Below, piece after piece: positions 42,284 through 51,998 of a stretch of DNA of 64,000 nt. Position 1 is the first letter of the stretch, and the number at the start of each line of letters is the position of its first letter. The position numbers and the translations under genes are program-made. The DNA is from Pseudoxanthomonas sp. (GTDB lineage: Bacteria > Pseudomonadota > Gammaproteobacteria > Xanthomonadales > Xanthomonadaceae). The stretch is from assembly GCF_027498035.1 (NCBI RefSeq), contig NZ_CP114978.1, positions 4,015,957 to 4,079,956 on the forward strand, in the 5' to 3' direction. Under the pieces are notes generated by a model that was not told where the DNA came from, did not search any database, and saw only the letters and a program-made list of their open reading frames with translations.

Positions 42284-42523
42284 ATGAGCAGCATTGAAGA
42301 GCGCGTCAAGAAGATCGTTGTTGAACAGCTTGGCGTCAAAGAAGAAGAAGTCACCACCAGCGCATCGTTCGTGGACGATCTGGGCGCCGACTCCCTGGAC
42401 ACCGTCGAGCTGGTCATGGCGTTGGAAGAAGAGTTCGAGTGCGAAATTCCGGACGAAGAGGCCGAGAAGATCACCTCCGTCCAGCAGGCCATCGACTACG
42501 TCAAGGCCCACGTCAAGGCCTGA
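42284..42523 (+). CDS. acpP: Acyl carrier protein
   Basis: [14 protein letters not shown]. Confidence 0.97.
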   Translation: MSSIEERVKKIVVEQLGVKEEEVTTSASFVDDLGADSLDTVELVMALEEEFECEIPDEEAEKITSVQQAIDYVKAHVKA

Positions 42524-42549
42524 TCCGGCCTGATGGAAGCAAGTCACGC

Positions 42550-42571
42550 CGGGGCCGCGATTGCGGCCCCG
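42550..42571 (+). other. Intergenic hairpin after acpP
   Basis: cggggccgc-gatt-gcggccccg, no U-tract. Confidence 0.6.
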
Positions 42572-42648
42572 CGCGCATCTGGCGGCACGCGCCAGGGTTC
42601 CCAGTCAACGCCGGACAGTGCCGGCAGCAGCATGCGGAGTAGAACGTT

Positions 42649-43887
42649 ATGAGCCGACGTCGCGTCGTCGTTACCGGCATGGGCATGGTCTCGCCATTGG
42701 GCAATGACCTGGCCAGCAGTTGGGACGGCATCAAGAATGGTCGTTCGGGTATTGCCCCGCTGACCTCGTTCGATGCCTCCACGTTCGCCACCCGCATCTG
42801 CGGTGAAGTGCGTGACCTGGACATCACCCAGTTCATCAACCCCAAAGACGCCAAGAAGATGGATGCCTTCATCCACTATGGCGTGGCGGCCTCGCTGATG
42901 GCCCTGGAAGACTCCGGCCTGGAAGTGACCGAAGCCAATGCCGAGCGCATCGGCGCGATGGTCGGTTCGGGCATCGGCGGCATCCTGGGCATCGAGCAGC
43001 AGACCGAAAAATACCTGGAGGGCGGCGCACGCAAGGTCTCGCCGTTCTACATCCCCAGCACCATCATCAACATGCTGCCGGGCCACCTGAGCATCATGAA
43101 GGGCCTCAAGGGCCCGGGTTTCTCCGCGGTGTCCGCGTGTGCGACCGCCAACCACTCGATCGGCATGGCCATGCGCACCATCCAGTACGGCGATGCCGAC
43201 GTGATGGTGGCCGGTGGTGCCGAGCGCGGCTCGTCGCCGACCTCGATGGCCGGCTTCTGTTCGATGAAGGCCATGTCCACCCGCAACGATGACCCGACGC
43301 GTGCCTCGCGTCCGTGGGACGCCGAGCGCGACGGTTTCGTCATGGGCGACGGCGCCGGCATCCTGGTGATCGAGGAGTACGAACACGCCAAGGCCCGCGG
43401 CGCGCGCATCTACTGCGAACTGGCCGGTTTCGGCGCCAGCCAGGATGCCTGGCACATGACCGCGCCCAGCGAGAACGGCGACGGCCCGGCGCGCTGCATG
43501 ACCATGGCCATGAAGGACGCCGGCGTGAATCCGGAGCAGGTCGAATACCTCAATGCGCACGGCACCTCCACGCCGCTGGGTGACCTGGCCGAAACCCTGG
43601 CGATGAAGCGCGCCATGGGCGACCACGCCTACAAGATGATGGTCAGCTCGACCAAGTCGATGACCGGCCACCTGCTGGGTGCGGCTGGTGGCATCGAGGC
43701 GATCTTCTCGGTCATGGCGCTGCACGAGAACGTGATCCCGCCGACCATCAACCTGGACAATCCGGGCGAAGGCTGCGACCTGGACTACGTGCCGAACATC
43801 GCGCGCGACAAGAAGATCGACGTGGCCATGTCCAATGGCTTCGGCTTTGGCGGCACCAACGGCACGCTGGTGTTCAAGCGCCTCTGA
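42649..43887 (+). CDS. fabF: Beta-ketoacyl-ACP synthase II
   Basis: VSACATA, NAHGTST, GHLLGAAG, NGFGFGG. Confidence 0.96.
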   Translation: MSRRRVVVTGMGMVSPLGNDLASSWDGIKNGRSGIAPLTSFDASTFATRICGEVRDLDITQFINPKDAKKMDAFIHYGVAASLMALEDSGLEVTEANAERIGAMVGSGIGGILGIEQQTEKYLEGGARKVSPFYIPSTIINMLPGHLSIMKGLKGPGFSAVSACATANHSIGMAMRTIQYGDADVMVAGGAERGSSPTSMAGFCSMKAMSTRNDDPTRASRPWDAERDGFVMGDGAGILVIEEYEHAKARGARIYCELAGFGASQDAWHMTAPSENGDGPARCMTMAMKDAGVNPEQVEYLNAHGTSTPLGDLAETLAMKRAMGDHAYKMMVSSTKSMTGHLLGAAGGIEAIFSVMALHENVIPPTINLDNPGEGCDLDYVPNIARDKKIDVAMSNGFGFGGTNGTLVFKRL

Positions 43888-43911
43888 TTGCGCTGCGATA
43901 CCGGTGGCACC

Positions 43912-43950
43912 TGCAGATCGGGAGCGGCGTGATGCCGCTCCCGATCTGCA
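43912..43950. repeat. 17-bp perfect inverted repeat between fabF and pabB
   Basis: tgcagatcgggagcggc-gtgat-gccgctcccgatctgca. Confidence 0.8.
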
Positions 43951-43966
43951 TTCAAGAGGCACTTGC

Positions 43967-45337
43967 ATGTTGTTGACCCGCCCGCTGCCCGATCACCTGG
44001 ACCTGCTGTCACTGCAGCGCGTGGCGCCGCGGCGCTACCCGCTGCTGATGGAATCGGTTGCCTCAGGCACCGCCCACGGGCGCTGGGATCTGCTGCTGGC
44101 TTGCAGTGGAGAGGGCCTGCGGCTGGATGCCGATGGCGTCACCCGGACGCTGCAGGGCGATGTGCTGACAGGGATGTTCCTCGACGTGCTCGACGCGCAG
44201 TGGCAGCCGCTGCGCACGCTGCGCGACGAGCCGCGTTGGCCATTCCATGGTGGCTGGGCCTTGATGCTGGATTACGAACTGGCGGGGCAGGTGGAACCGG
44301 TCCTGCAGTTGCCGCAAGGTGAGGGCGTCGTCCCCGCCGCGCTCGCGCTGCGTTGCCCGGCTGCGGTGCTGCGCGATCGCGCCACTGGCGAATGCGTGAT
44401 GGTGGCCGAGGCCGGGCATGCGGAACTGTTCGATGTGATGGCCGCGGACCTGGAGACAGGTCGCACGCTGGCCCCGCCTGCCTGGTCGCCACCATCGGTG
44501 CTGGTCGAAGACGCGCCGCAGGCTTTTGTCGCGGGTGTCGAACGGATCCTCGACTACCTGGCGGCTGGCGACATCTTCCAGGTGAACCTGTCGCGTGGCT
44601 GGCAGGCACGGTTCGATGTGTCGCTGGAGCCGGCGGCGTTGTACACGCGACTGCGCGACTGCAATCCGGCGCCATTCGCCGGGCTGTTCCAGTACGACGG
44701 CAGGGCCGTGGTCAGCGCGTCGCCGGAACGTCTGGTGTCGGTGCGTGGCGGGATTGCCGAAACGCGGCCCATCGCCGGGACGCGCGCGCGCTTTGCGGGT
44801 GACGACGATGCCGCGCGGATCCGCGAACTGGTCGGCCATCCCAAGGAGCGCGCCGAACACGTGATGCTGATCGATCTGGAGCGTAACGATCTGGGCCGCG
44901 TGTGCACGCCGGGCAGCGTTGAAGTGGATGAACTGATGGCGGTCGAAAGCTATGCGCACGTGCATCACATCGTCAGCAACGTGCGCGGCCAGTTGCGCGC
45001 CGAGGTCACGCCGGGCCAGGTGATCGCCGCGACCTTCCCGGGCGGCACCATCACCGGCTGTCCCAAGGTGCGCTGCATGCAGATCATCGCCGAGCTGGAG
45101 CGAACCCCGCGCGGTGCCTACACCGGTGCGTTCGGCTGGCTGGGCCGTGATGGCGACATGGATCTGAACATCCTGATCCGCAGCGCGGCGCTGGCCGACG
45201 AGGACGACGGCAGCACGCTGTGCTTCCGCACCGGGGCTGGGATCGTGATCGATTCCGATCCCCAGGCCGAACTGGAGGAAACCCGGGCCAAGGCGCGCGG
45301 CATGCTGGCCGCGCTGGGTCAGGCGGCGGGCGTCTGA
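43967..45337 (+). CDS. pabB: Aminodeoxychorismate synthase component I (chorismate-binding family)
   Basis: FQVNLS, SASPERL, RPIAGT, KERAEHVMLIDLERNDL, FPGGTITGCPK. Confidence 0.88.
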   Translation: MLLTRPLPDHLDLLSLQRVAPRRYPLLMESVASGTAHGRWDLLLACSGEGLRLDADGVTRTLQGDVLTGMFLDVLDAQWQPLRTLRDEPRWPFHGGWALMLDYELAGQVEPVLQLPQGEGVVPAALALRCPAAVLRDRATGECVMVAEAGHAELFDVMAADLETGRTLAPPAWSPPSVLVEDAPQAFVAGVERILDYLAAGDIFQVNLSRGWQARFDVSLEPAALYTRLRDCNPAPFAGLFQYDGRAVVSASPERLVSVRGGIAETRPIAGTRARFAGDDDAARIRELVGHPKERAEHVMLIDLERNDLGRVCTPGSVEVDELMAVESYAHVHHIVSNVRGQLRAEVTPGQVIAATFPGGTITGCPKVRCMQIIAELERTPRGAYTGAFGWLGRDGDMDLNILIRSAALADEDDGSTLCFRTGAGIVIDSDPQAELEETRAKARGMLAALGQAAGV

Positions 45338-45398
45338 ACAGCCTTCGTCGCGGCCGGCTGGTATCCTGCGCGACCGTTCTCACAGCCGACTGATCGCC

Positions 45399-46526
45399 GT
45401 GGCATCAGGTTGCAGGCGCGGTTGCCGCGCCATCGTCCTTGTCGTGTTCCTGCTCGCGCTGGCCGTTGCGGCCGCCGCGCTATGGGGCTGGCAGCGCTAC
45501 CAGCATTTCCAGTCGCAACCGCTGCCGGGCTTGCACGCCGGCCAGGTCGTGCAGGTGAAGCGGGGCGACTCCTTCCGTGGCGTATTGGCGGGCCTGCGCG
45601 CGCAGGGCGTGAGCACCGGCAGCGATATCGAATGGCAGGTGCTGGCCCGCCAGCTCGATGCTGCCGGCAAGCTCAAGGTGGGCGAGTACGCGCTGGCACC
45701 TGGCACGACGCCACGCACGCTGCTGCAGAACATGCGTGCGGGCCGGATCATCCAGTACCGCTTCACCATCGTGGAGGGCTGGAACTTCCGCCAGGTGCGC
45801 GCCGCGCTCAACGCGGCCACGCCGCTGCTCCACGAGACCACGCAATTGGACGACGCTGCGCTGATGGCTGCCATTGGTCACGCAGGCGAACATCCGGAAG
45901 GCCGTTTCCTGCCTGAGACCTACGTGTACTCGCGTGGCGACAAGGACATCGACGTACTCAAGCGCGCCCATGACGACATGGGAAAAACGCTGGCCACGGT
46001 GTGGGCGCAGCGCGCCGCCGACCTGCCGTTGACCACGCCCGACCAGGCGTTGACGCTGGCCTCGATCGTGGAGAAGGAAACCGGCATTGCCGAAGAGCGC
46101 GCGCAGATCGCCGGCGTGTTCGCACGACGCCTGGCGATGGGCATGAAGCTGCAGACCGATCCGACCGTGATCTATGGCATCGGCAGCAGCTACGACGGCA
46201 ACATCCGCCGCCACGACCTGACCACCGACACCCCGTACAACACCTACACCCGCGTGGGCCTGACGCCCACGCCGATCGCCATGCCCGGGCGCGCGGCGCT
46301 GCAGGCGGCCACGCATCCGGTCGCCGGCGATGCGTTGTACTTCGTCGCGCTGGGTGACGGCAGCGGCCGGCATGTGTTCTCGGCCACGCTGGCCCAGCAC
46401 AACGCGGCGGTGCGCCAATACCTGGATCGCATGCGCCGCCCGCCGTTGCCGGAGGAAGCGGCCGCGCTGCCGCCCGCCGATGCGCAGGCAGCGCCGCCGC
46501 AGGACGCCAGGGCGAAGCAGCCATGA
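45399..46526 (+). CDS. mltG: Endolytic transglycosylase MltG
   Basis: EGRFLPETY, ASIVEKE, LQTDPTV, PYNTY, GLTPTPI. Confidence 0.94.
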   Translation: MASGCRRGCRAIVLVVFLLALAVAAAALWGWQRYQHFQSQPLPGLHAGQVVQVKRGDSFRGVLAGLRAQGVSTGSDIEWQVLARQLDAAGKLKVGEYALAPGTTPRTLLQNMRAGRIIQYRFTIVEGWNFRQVRAALNAATPLLHETTQLDDAALMAAIGHAGEHPEGRFLPETYVYSRGDKDIDVLKRAHDDMGKTLATVWAQRAADLPLTTPDQALTLASIVEKETGIAEERAQIAGVFARRLAMGMKLQTDPTVIYGIGSSYDGNIRRHDLTTDTPYNTYTRVGLTPTPIAMPGRAALQAATHPVAGDALYFVALGDGSGRHVFSATLAQHNAAVRQYLDRMRRPPLPEEAAALPPADAQAAPPQDARAKQP

Positions 46527-47170
46527 GTCCGCAGCCTGTGGCGCATCCGCGCTTCCTGAGCCTGGAAGGTGGCGAGGGCGCCGGCAAGACCAGCGCGCTG
46601 GGCGCGATTCGCGACACCTTGCAGGCTGCAGGGCATGAGGTCGTGCTGACCCGTGAACCGGGCGGCACGCCGCTGGCCGAACGCATGCGCGGCATCCTGC
46701 TGGACCCGGGCGATGAAGCGCTGGCACCGGAAGCCGAGCTGCTGCTGATGTTCGCCTCGCGCGCCCAGCACGTGCAGCGGGTGATCGCACCGGCGCTGGC
46801 GCGTGATGCGTTCGTGGTCAGCGACCGCTTCACCGATTCCAGCTATGCCTATCAGGTGCATGGCCGTGGCCTGGACCGCAGCCTGGTGGAGGAGCTTGAG
46901 CGCCGCGTCGTCCACGTCGCGCCGGCGATGACCCTGCTGCTCGATCTCGACGTCCGCGAAGGCCGTGCCCGCACCGCCGGGCGCGACCTGTGGCCGGACC
47001 GGATCGAAAGCGAGCAGGATGATTTCTTCGAGCGCGTGCGCGAAGGCTATCGCCGGCGTGCGCAGGCGTTTCCGCAACGCTTCCGCGTGATCGATGCATC
47101 GCGCACGCCGATTGAAGTGGCCGCTGCGGTGACTGCCGCAGTCGCTGACTGGTTGCAGGTGCAGCGATGA
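46523..47170 (+). CDS. tmk: Thymidylate kinase
   Basis: EGGEGAGKT, TREPGG, SDRF. Confidence 0.96.
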   Translation: MSPQPVAHPRFLSLEGGEGAGKTSALGAIRDTLQAAGHEVVLTREPGGTPLAERMRGILLDPGDEALAPEAELLLMFASRAQHVQRVIAPALARDAFVVSDRFTDSSYAYQVHGRGLDRSLVEELERRVVHVAPAMTLLLDLDVREGRARTAGRDLWPDRIESEQDDFFERVREGYRRRAQAFPQRFRVIDASRTPIEVAAAVTAAVADWLQVQR

Positions 47171-48129
47171 GCGACGTCGTTTTCACGCCGTGGCAGCAGC
47201 GCGCCTACGATCAAGCACTGGCCGCGCTGCAGTCCGGGCGCCTGGGTCACGCGATGGTGCTGTGCGGGCCTGCAGGCATCGGCAAGCGCGCGGTGGCCGA
47301 CCGACTGGCGCGCTACGTGCTGTGTGGTGAAGTGCCGGCTCTGGGCAATCGCGATGCGCAGCTGATCGCAGCGGGGACGCATCCGGACCTGCAGCAGGTG
47401 TCCTTCATCCCGACCAAGGACGGCACCAAGCTGCGCTCCGAGATCGTGATCGACCAGATTCGCGAACTCTCGCAGAAGCTGACGCTGACGCCGCAGTACG
47501 GGCGTGCGCAGGTGGCGATCATCGACCCGGCCGACGCGGTCAACCGCGCCGCCTGGAACGCCCTGCTCAAGACCCTGGAAGAGCCGCAACCTGGTCGCTA
47601 TCTGTGGTTGCTCAGCGCCGAGCCGATGCGTTTGCCGGCGACCATCCGCAGCCGCTGCCAGAAATTGGAGATCCGCCTGCCGCCGCGTGCCGAAGCCATG
47701 GCCTGGCTGATGGCGCAAGGCTATCCAGAAGTCAGTTCCGCCGAAGCGCTGGATGCCGCGCGCGGCCATCCGGCGCTGGCGTTGTCATGGATGAGCGAAG
47801 GCGGCATGGCGCTGCGCCGGGAAGTCGCTGGCGACCTGGGCAAGCTCGAACGCGGCCAGTTGGCCGTGGTCGAAACCGCCCAGCGCTGGGCGGCCGATGA
47901 ACATGCCGCGCTGCGCCTGCGTCATGCGGCCGACCTGGTCCTGGCGCAGGCGGCCGATCCCGCCTTGACCGATCCGGTGCGATTGAACAAGCTGGCTGCG
48001 TGGTTCGACGCGGCCAACCGCACGCGCGATCTTTTGCGGACCACGGTGCGCGCCGATCTGGCGATGGTGGATCTACTGCTGGCCTGGCGTGATGGTGCGC
48101 GCGGGCCAGCGAACGGGGGAAGGGGATGA
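47167..48129 (+). CDS. holB: DNA polymerase III delta' subunit
   Basis: GTHPD, NALLKTLEEP, TIRSRC. Confidence 0.95.
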   Translation: MSDVVFTPWQQRAYDQALAALQSGRLGHAMVLCGPAGIGKRAVADRLARYVLCGEVPALGNRDAQLIAAGTHPDLQQVSFIPTKDGTKLRSEIVIDQIRELSQKLTLTPQYGRAQVAIIDPADAVNRAAWNALLKTLEEPQPGRYLWLLSAEPMRLPATIRSRCQKLEIRLPPRAEAMAWLMAQGYPEVSSAEALDAARGHPALALSWMSEGGMALRREVAGDLGKLERGQLAVVETAQRWAADEHAALRLRHAADLVLAQAADPALTDPVRLNKLAAWFDAANRTRDLLRTTVRADLAMVDLLLAWRDGARGPANGGRG

Positions 48130-48479
48130 GTGCAACGACTCCGAAAGGCGGCATGGTCTCGCTGACGGTGAAAGACAAGGCGCAGCTCTATAGCGCCTAC
48201 ATTCCTTTCGTGAAGAACGGGGGGATCTTCGTCCCCACGCCCAAGCGCTATTTTCTCGGCGATGAAGTATTCCTGATGCTGACCTTGCCCGAGTCCAGCG
48301 AGCGGCTGGGATTGGCCGCCAAGGTCATCTGGATCACGCCGGTGGGCGCCCAGGGTGCGCGCACGGCCGGCATCGGCCTGCAGTTCTCCGAAGGCGGCGA
48401 AGGTGACATGGTGCGCAACCGCATCGAAACCCTGCTGGCCGGCACGCTCAACGCGGACAAGCCCACGCACACGATGTAA
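48126..48479 (+). CDS. pilZ: Type IV pilus PilZ protein
   Basis: YSAYIPFVKNGGIFVPT...GIGLQF...PTHTM; follows holB. Confidence 0.93.
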   Translation: MSATTPKGGMVSLTVKDKAQLYSAYIPFVKNGGIFVPTPKRYFLGDEVFLMLTLPESSERLGLAAKVIWITPVGAQGARTAGIGLQFSEGGEGDMVRNRIETLLAGTLNADKPTHTM

Positions 48480-48505
48480 CGCGGTTGTTGCCTGTCGTGC
48501 AAACG

Positions 48506-48536
48506 AAAACGCAGCCCTTCGGGGCTGCGTTTTTTT
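48506..48536 (+). terminator. Intrinsic terminator after pilZ
   Basis: aaaacgcagccc-ttcg-gggctgcgtttttt. Confidence 0.88.
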
Positions 48537-48603
48537 GTTGCGCTGCGTGCGATTTGCGGCGTGCCTACAAGCCCTTGGAGTAGGCTGCCGATCAGCAGGG
48601 CGT

Positions 48604-48709
48604 GTAGCCCGGATAAGGCAGCAGGCCGCATCCGGGGCCATTCGTGACGAAAGCGGGTCTATCGCGGCGGGACGAGAAGCCCCGGGTGCGCTGCGCTTAC
48701 CCGGGCTAC
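48604..48709. repeat. REP doublet of a second family
   Basis: GTAGCCCGGATAAGGCAGCAGGCCGCATCCGGG ... CCCGGGTGCGCTGCGCTTACCCGGGCTAC (inverted). Confidence 0.85.
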
Positions 48710-48739
48710 GGTTTGCCCCGGGAAACGCAGCTCTTGTTG

Positions 48740-48913
48740 CTACAGCCCCTTGAACAGGTTGCCGATCAGCAGGACCACTAGCCCGGCACAGATCAGCCAG
48801 AACGCATAGGGCACCAGTGCGGGGATGTAGTGCAGCTTGGCCGCAACGCCCAGGCCGCCGAGCAGCAGGGACAGGAAGAACATGCCCGAGGTGGGCGCAC
48901 TGAGGTTGAACAT
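48740..48913 (-). CDS. Small two-TM membrane protein (57 aa)
   Basis: MFNLSAPTSGMFFLSLLLGGLGVAAKLHYIPALVPYAFWLICAGLVVLLIGNLFKGL*. Confidence 0.75.
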   Translation of the reverse strand: MFNLSAPTSGMFFLSLLLGGLGVAAKLHYIPALVPYAFWLICAGLVVLLIGNLFKGL

Positions 48914-49080
48914 TGATCGGCCCGTCCGGGTTGCCAGGGGAGGGCGGCGCAGGCCGCCGGCCGGGAAGTCTGGCGGGATGACGGGCCCGACGCAATGGCG
49001 TATCGCCAGCGACCGGGCCGGTGATGTGGTTGACCTGCTGATGTAGGCTGTCCCTTCTACAGACAATCACGGGAAGTCCC

Positions 49081-49740
49081 ATGAAAGCCATGATCGGGCT
49101 CGGTGCCCTGGTGTTGTTTTCTGCGGTCTTTTACGCGCGGCCCGCGGAGGCGAGCGAGCGCGCCTATCTCACCTCTTCGGCAAACCTGCGGACCGGTCCC
49201 AATGCGGACTATCCCAGGATCGTCAGCGTGTCCTCGGGCACGCGCGTGGAGGTCTTCGGTTGCATCGACGATTGGTCCTGGTGCGACATCGCCACGCGTG
49301 GCGAGCGCGGCTGGGTGTCCGCCTCCTACCTGGACTACGACAATGGCGGACGCCGCACCAGGATCTATGGCAATGGCGCCAGCCTGGGCCTGCCGGTGCT
49401 GACGTTCGTGTTGGGCACCTACTGGGATGCGCACTACCGTAGCCGCAGCTGGTACGGGCAACGTTCGCGCTGGGAGCAGCATCCGCCGCAGCGCCCGCGC
49501 CAGGGCGCTGCGCCGCGCAACGTGAATCCGCGGGCGCAGCAGGGGTATTCCCCATCCGCTCCAGCCAATCGGGCTTCGTCCGATGGGCGGGGCGGCAGTG
49601 CGCCGGGCAATCGTGGGAACGCTGCCCCCAGCCCGCAGGCGTCGCAGCAGCCCAAAGCCTCGGGTCAGCCGCAGCAGCGTGGCGGACAGCCCGCGCAGAA
49701 GTCACAGGACAGAAAACAGCAGGACCAGCCGCGACGCTGA
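49081..49740 (+). CDS. Secreted bacterial SH3-domain protein (YraI-like) with Gln/Pro-rich tail
   Basis: Signal peptide ending AEA, NLRTGP...GC...WC...GWVSASYL, YWDAHYR..WY. Confidence 0.82.
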   Translation: MKAMIGLGALVLFSAVFYARPAEASERAYLTSSANLRTGPNADYPRIVSVSSGTRVEVFGCIDDWSWCDIATRGERGWVSASYLDYDNGGRRTRIYGNGASLGLPVLTFVLGTYWDAHYRSRSWYGQRSRWEQHPPQRPRQGAAPRNVNPRAQQGYSPSAPANRASSDGRGGSAPGNRGNAAPSPQASQQPKASGQPQQRGGQPAQKSQDRKQQDQPRR

Positions 49741-49813
49741 TCCATCCCGATCCGGATGAGGTCGTCCGGATCGCATCGCGTTGAACTGTCGTCATTGCTG
49801 CCAGCAAGCGTCT

Positions 49814-49843
49814 CCCGGGTAAGGCCGAAGGCCGTAACCCGGG
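49814..49843. repeat. Degenerate REP-like palindrome
   Basis: cccgggtaaggccgaaggccgtaacccggg, lacks GTAG. Confidence 0.5.
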
Positions 49844-49937
49844 GCTTCCACGCCACGCCTCGTCCGGTCTTGCCGACCCGGGTTACGCGTGGCGAGGCGT
49901 TCGATCCGCCCTGGCGGCTACCGACATTTTACGGGGG

Positions 49938-51998
49938 TCAGACCACCGCTTCACGCAGTGCCGCGGCATCCCAGCCCGGGCGTGGCGCGAAGCGGTCGCC
50001 GTAGCGGCCCTGCAGGGCCTTGAGCCGTTCGACCAGCGCATCGGCACCGGTGGCGCGGATGTGCTGGATCGGGCCGCCGCGGAACGGCGCGAACCCGGTG
50101 CCGAAGATCACGCCGGCATCCAGCAGGTCGGCATCGGCCACCACTTCGTCGTGCAGGCAGGCCACGGCCTCGTTGAGCAGTGGCAGGATCAGGCGGTCTT
50201 CCAGGTCGGCCGGCGCCTGGTAGTCCTTGGGCACTTCGGGCTTCACCGCGCGACCGTTCTCCCACTTGTACAGGCCCTGGCCGTCCTTCTTGCCGCGTTT
50301 GTCCGGTTCGACCGTGGCCAACGCGGCGGGCACCTGCAAGCCCAGGAACGGTGAGAGTTCCCTGCCCACGCCGGCGGCCACGTCCAGGCCGACGGTGTCG
50401 ATCAGTTCGATCGGGCCCATCGGCATGCCGAACTTGACCGCAGCCTTGTCGATCACCGCGCCGGGAATGCCTTCGGCGTAGGCATTGGCCGCTTCCAGCA
50501 TGTATGGGAACAGCACCCGGTTGACCAGGAAGCCCGGCGTGCCGGCCACCGGCACCGGGAACTTGTCCAGCGCCTTGCAGAACGCGGCCAGGCGCTGGCC
50601 AGTCTCGGCCGACATGCCGTCGTGGTGGACGATTTCCACCAGCGGCATCATCGACACCGGATTGAAGTAATGCAGGCCGCCGAACTGCGCCGGCCGGGCG
50701 ATGTGGTCGCGCAGCTCCACCAGCGGGATCGACGAGGTATTGGTGGTCAGCAGCGCGTCGGCTTTCAGGTTCGGCTCGATCGACTGGTAGAGCGCGCGCT
50801 TGGCCTCGGGGTTCTCGATGATGGCCTCGATCACCAGATCGGCGCTGGCGACGCCTTCGCCCGCCAGATCGGCTTTCAGGCGCGCGGCCACGGCCGGGCG
50901 CTTGCTCTCGTCCTTGACCTTCTTCTCGAACAGCGCCTGCGCGCGGGTCATGGCTGGGTCGATGAAGCGCTGTTCGCGGTCCTGCAGGGTGACCTCGAAG
51001 CCCTTGTAGGCCGACCACGCGGCGATGTCGCCGCCCATCACACCCGCGCCGACCACATGCACGTGCTTGACGCCGTGATCTTTCCCGCCCAGGCCCTTGA
51101 GCCGTTCGGTCAGGAAGAAGATACGGATCAGGTTGCGTGCGGCCGGCGTGCTGGCCAGCTTGACCACGGCGCGACGCTCGGCGTCCAGGCGCCCCTGGAT
51201 CGGCTTGCCGCCGAAGCGCTCCCAAGTGTTGATCAGCGCATACGGCGCCGGGTACTGGTCCTTGCGGGCCTTGCGCGCGACCTGCTTGGCCATCTGTGGT
51301 GCGAGCAGTTTGCGCGCGGGCAGGGTGTTCGTGAGCCAGCCCAGGGCGCGCTGCTTGAACGGACGCGTGGTGCCTTTCAGTGCCAGGGCGGCGGCGGTGT
51401 CGATCAGCACGGCCTGCTCCACGACTTTGTCGACCAGGCCCATCGCGCGTGCAGCGCTGGCCGAGACGGTACGGCCCGTCAGCATCAGGTCCATCGCCGC
51501 CGGTGCGCCGATCAGGCGCGGCAGGCGTGCGCTGCCACCCCAGCCGGGGAAGATGCCCAGCTTGGTCTCCGGCAGGCCGATCCGGGTGGAGGCCTCCTTC
51601 GACGCCACGCGATAGCGGCAGGCCAGCGAGATCTCGGTGCCGCCGCCCATGCAGAAGCCGTGGATGGCCGCCACCGTGGGGCAGGGCAGTTCGGCCAGCT
51701 TCTGGAACGTGGCCTGGCCGCGGCGGATCGCGTCATTGACCGTGCCCTTGCGGTCGAAGTCCTGGAACTCCTTCAGGTCCGCGCCGGCGGCGAAGGCGGC
51801 CTTGGCAGAAGCGATCACCACGCCCTTGGGCGGGTCGACGGCCAGGCGATCGATCACATCGCCCAGTTCGATCAACACGTCCTGGGAGAAGGCGTTGACC
51901 GAGGCGTTCTCGCGGTCGAAGGACACGACGACCACGCCGTCCGGACGGGTCTCCGTGCGCCAGTGACTGAATCGGAGCCCATCGAAGCTGGCTGTCAT
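49938..51998 (-). CDS. Fatty-acid oxidation multifunctional enzyme (enoyl-CoA hydratase / 3-hydroxyacyl-CoA dehydrogenase, FadJ/FadB-like)
   Basis: GADLKEF, GGGTE, PETKLG, GAGVMG, TNTSS, HYFNPV. Confidence 0.92.
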   Translation of the reverse strand: MTASFDGLRFSHWRTETRPDGVVVVSFDRENASVNAFSQDVLIELGDVIDRLAVDPPKGVVIASAKAAFAAGADLKEFQDFDRKGTVNDAIRRGQATFQKLAELPCPTVAAIHGFCMGGGTEISLACRYRVASKEASTRIGLPETKLGIFPGWGGSARLPRLIGAPAAMDLMLTGRTVSASAARAMGLVDKVVEQAVLIDTAAALALKGTTRPFKQRALGWLTNTLPARKLLAPQMAKQVARKARKDQYPAPYALINTWERFGGKPIQGRLDAERRAVVKLASTPAARNLIRIFFLTERLKGLGGKDHGVKHVHVVGAGVMGGDIAAWSAYKGFEVTLQDREQRFIDPAMTRAQALFEKKVKDESKRPAVAARLKADLAGEGVASADLVIEAIIENPEAKRALYQSIEPNLKADALLTTNTSSIPLVELRDHIARPAQFGGLHYFNPVSMMPLVEIVHHDGMSAETGQRLAAFCKALDKFPVPVAGTPGFLVNRVLFPYMLEAANAYAEGIPGAVIDKAAVKFGMPMGPIELIDTVGLDVAAGVGRELSPFLGLQVPAALATVEPDKRGKKDGQGLYKWENGRAVKPEVPKDYQAPADLEDRLILPLLNEAVACLHDEVVADADLLDAGVIFGTGFAPFRGGPIQHIRATGADALVERLKALQGRYGDRFAPRPGWDAAALREAVV

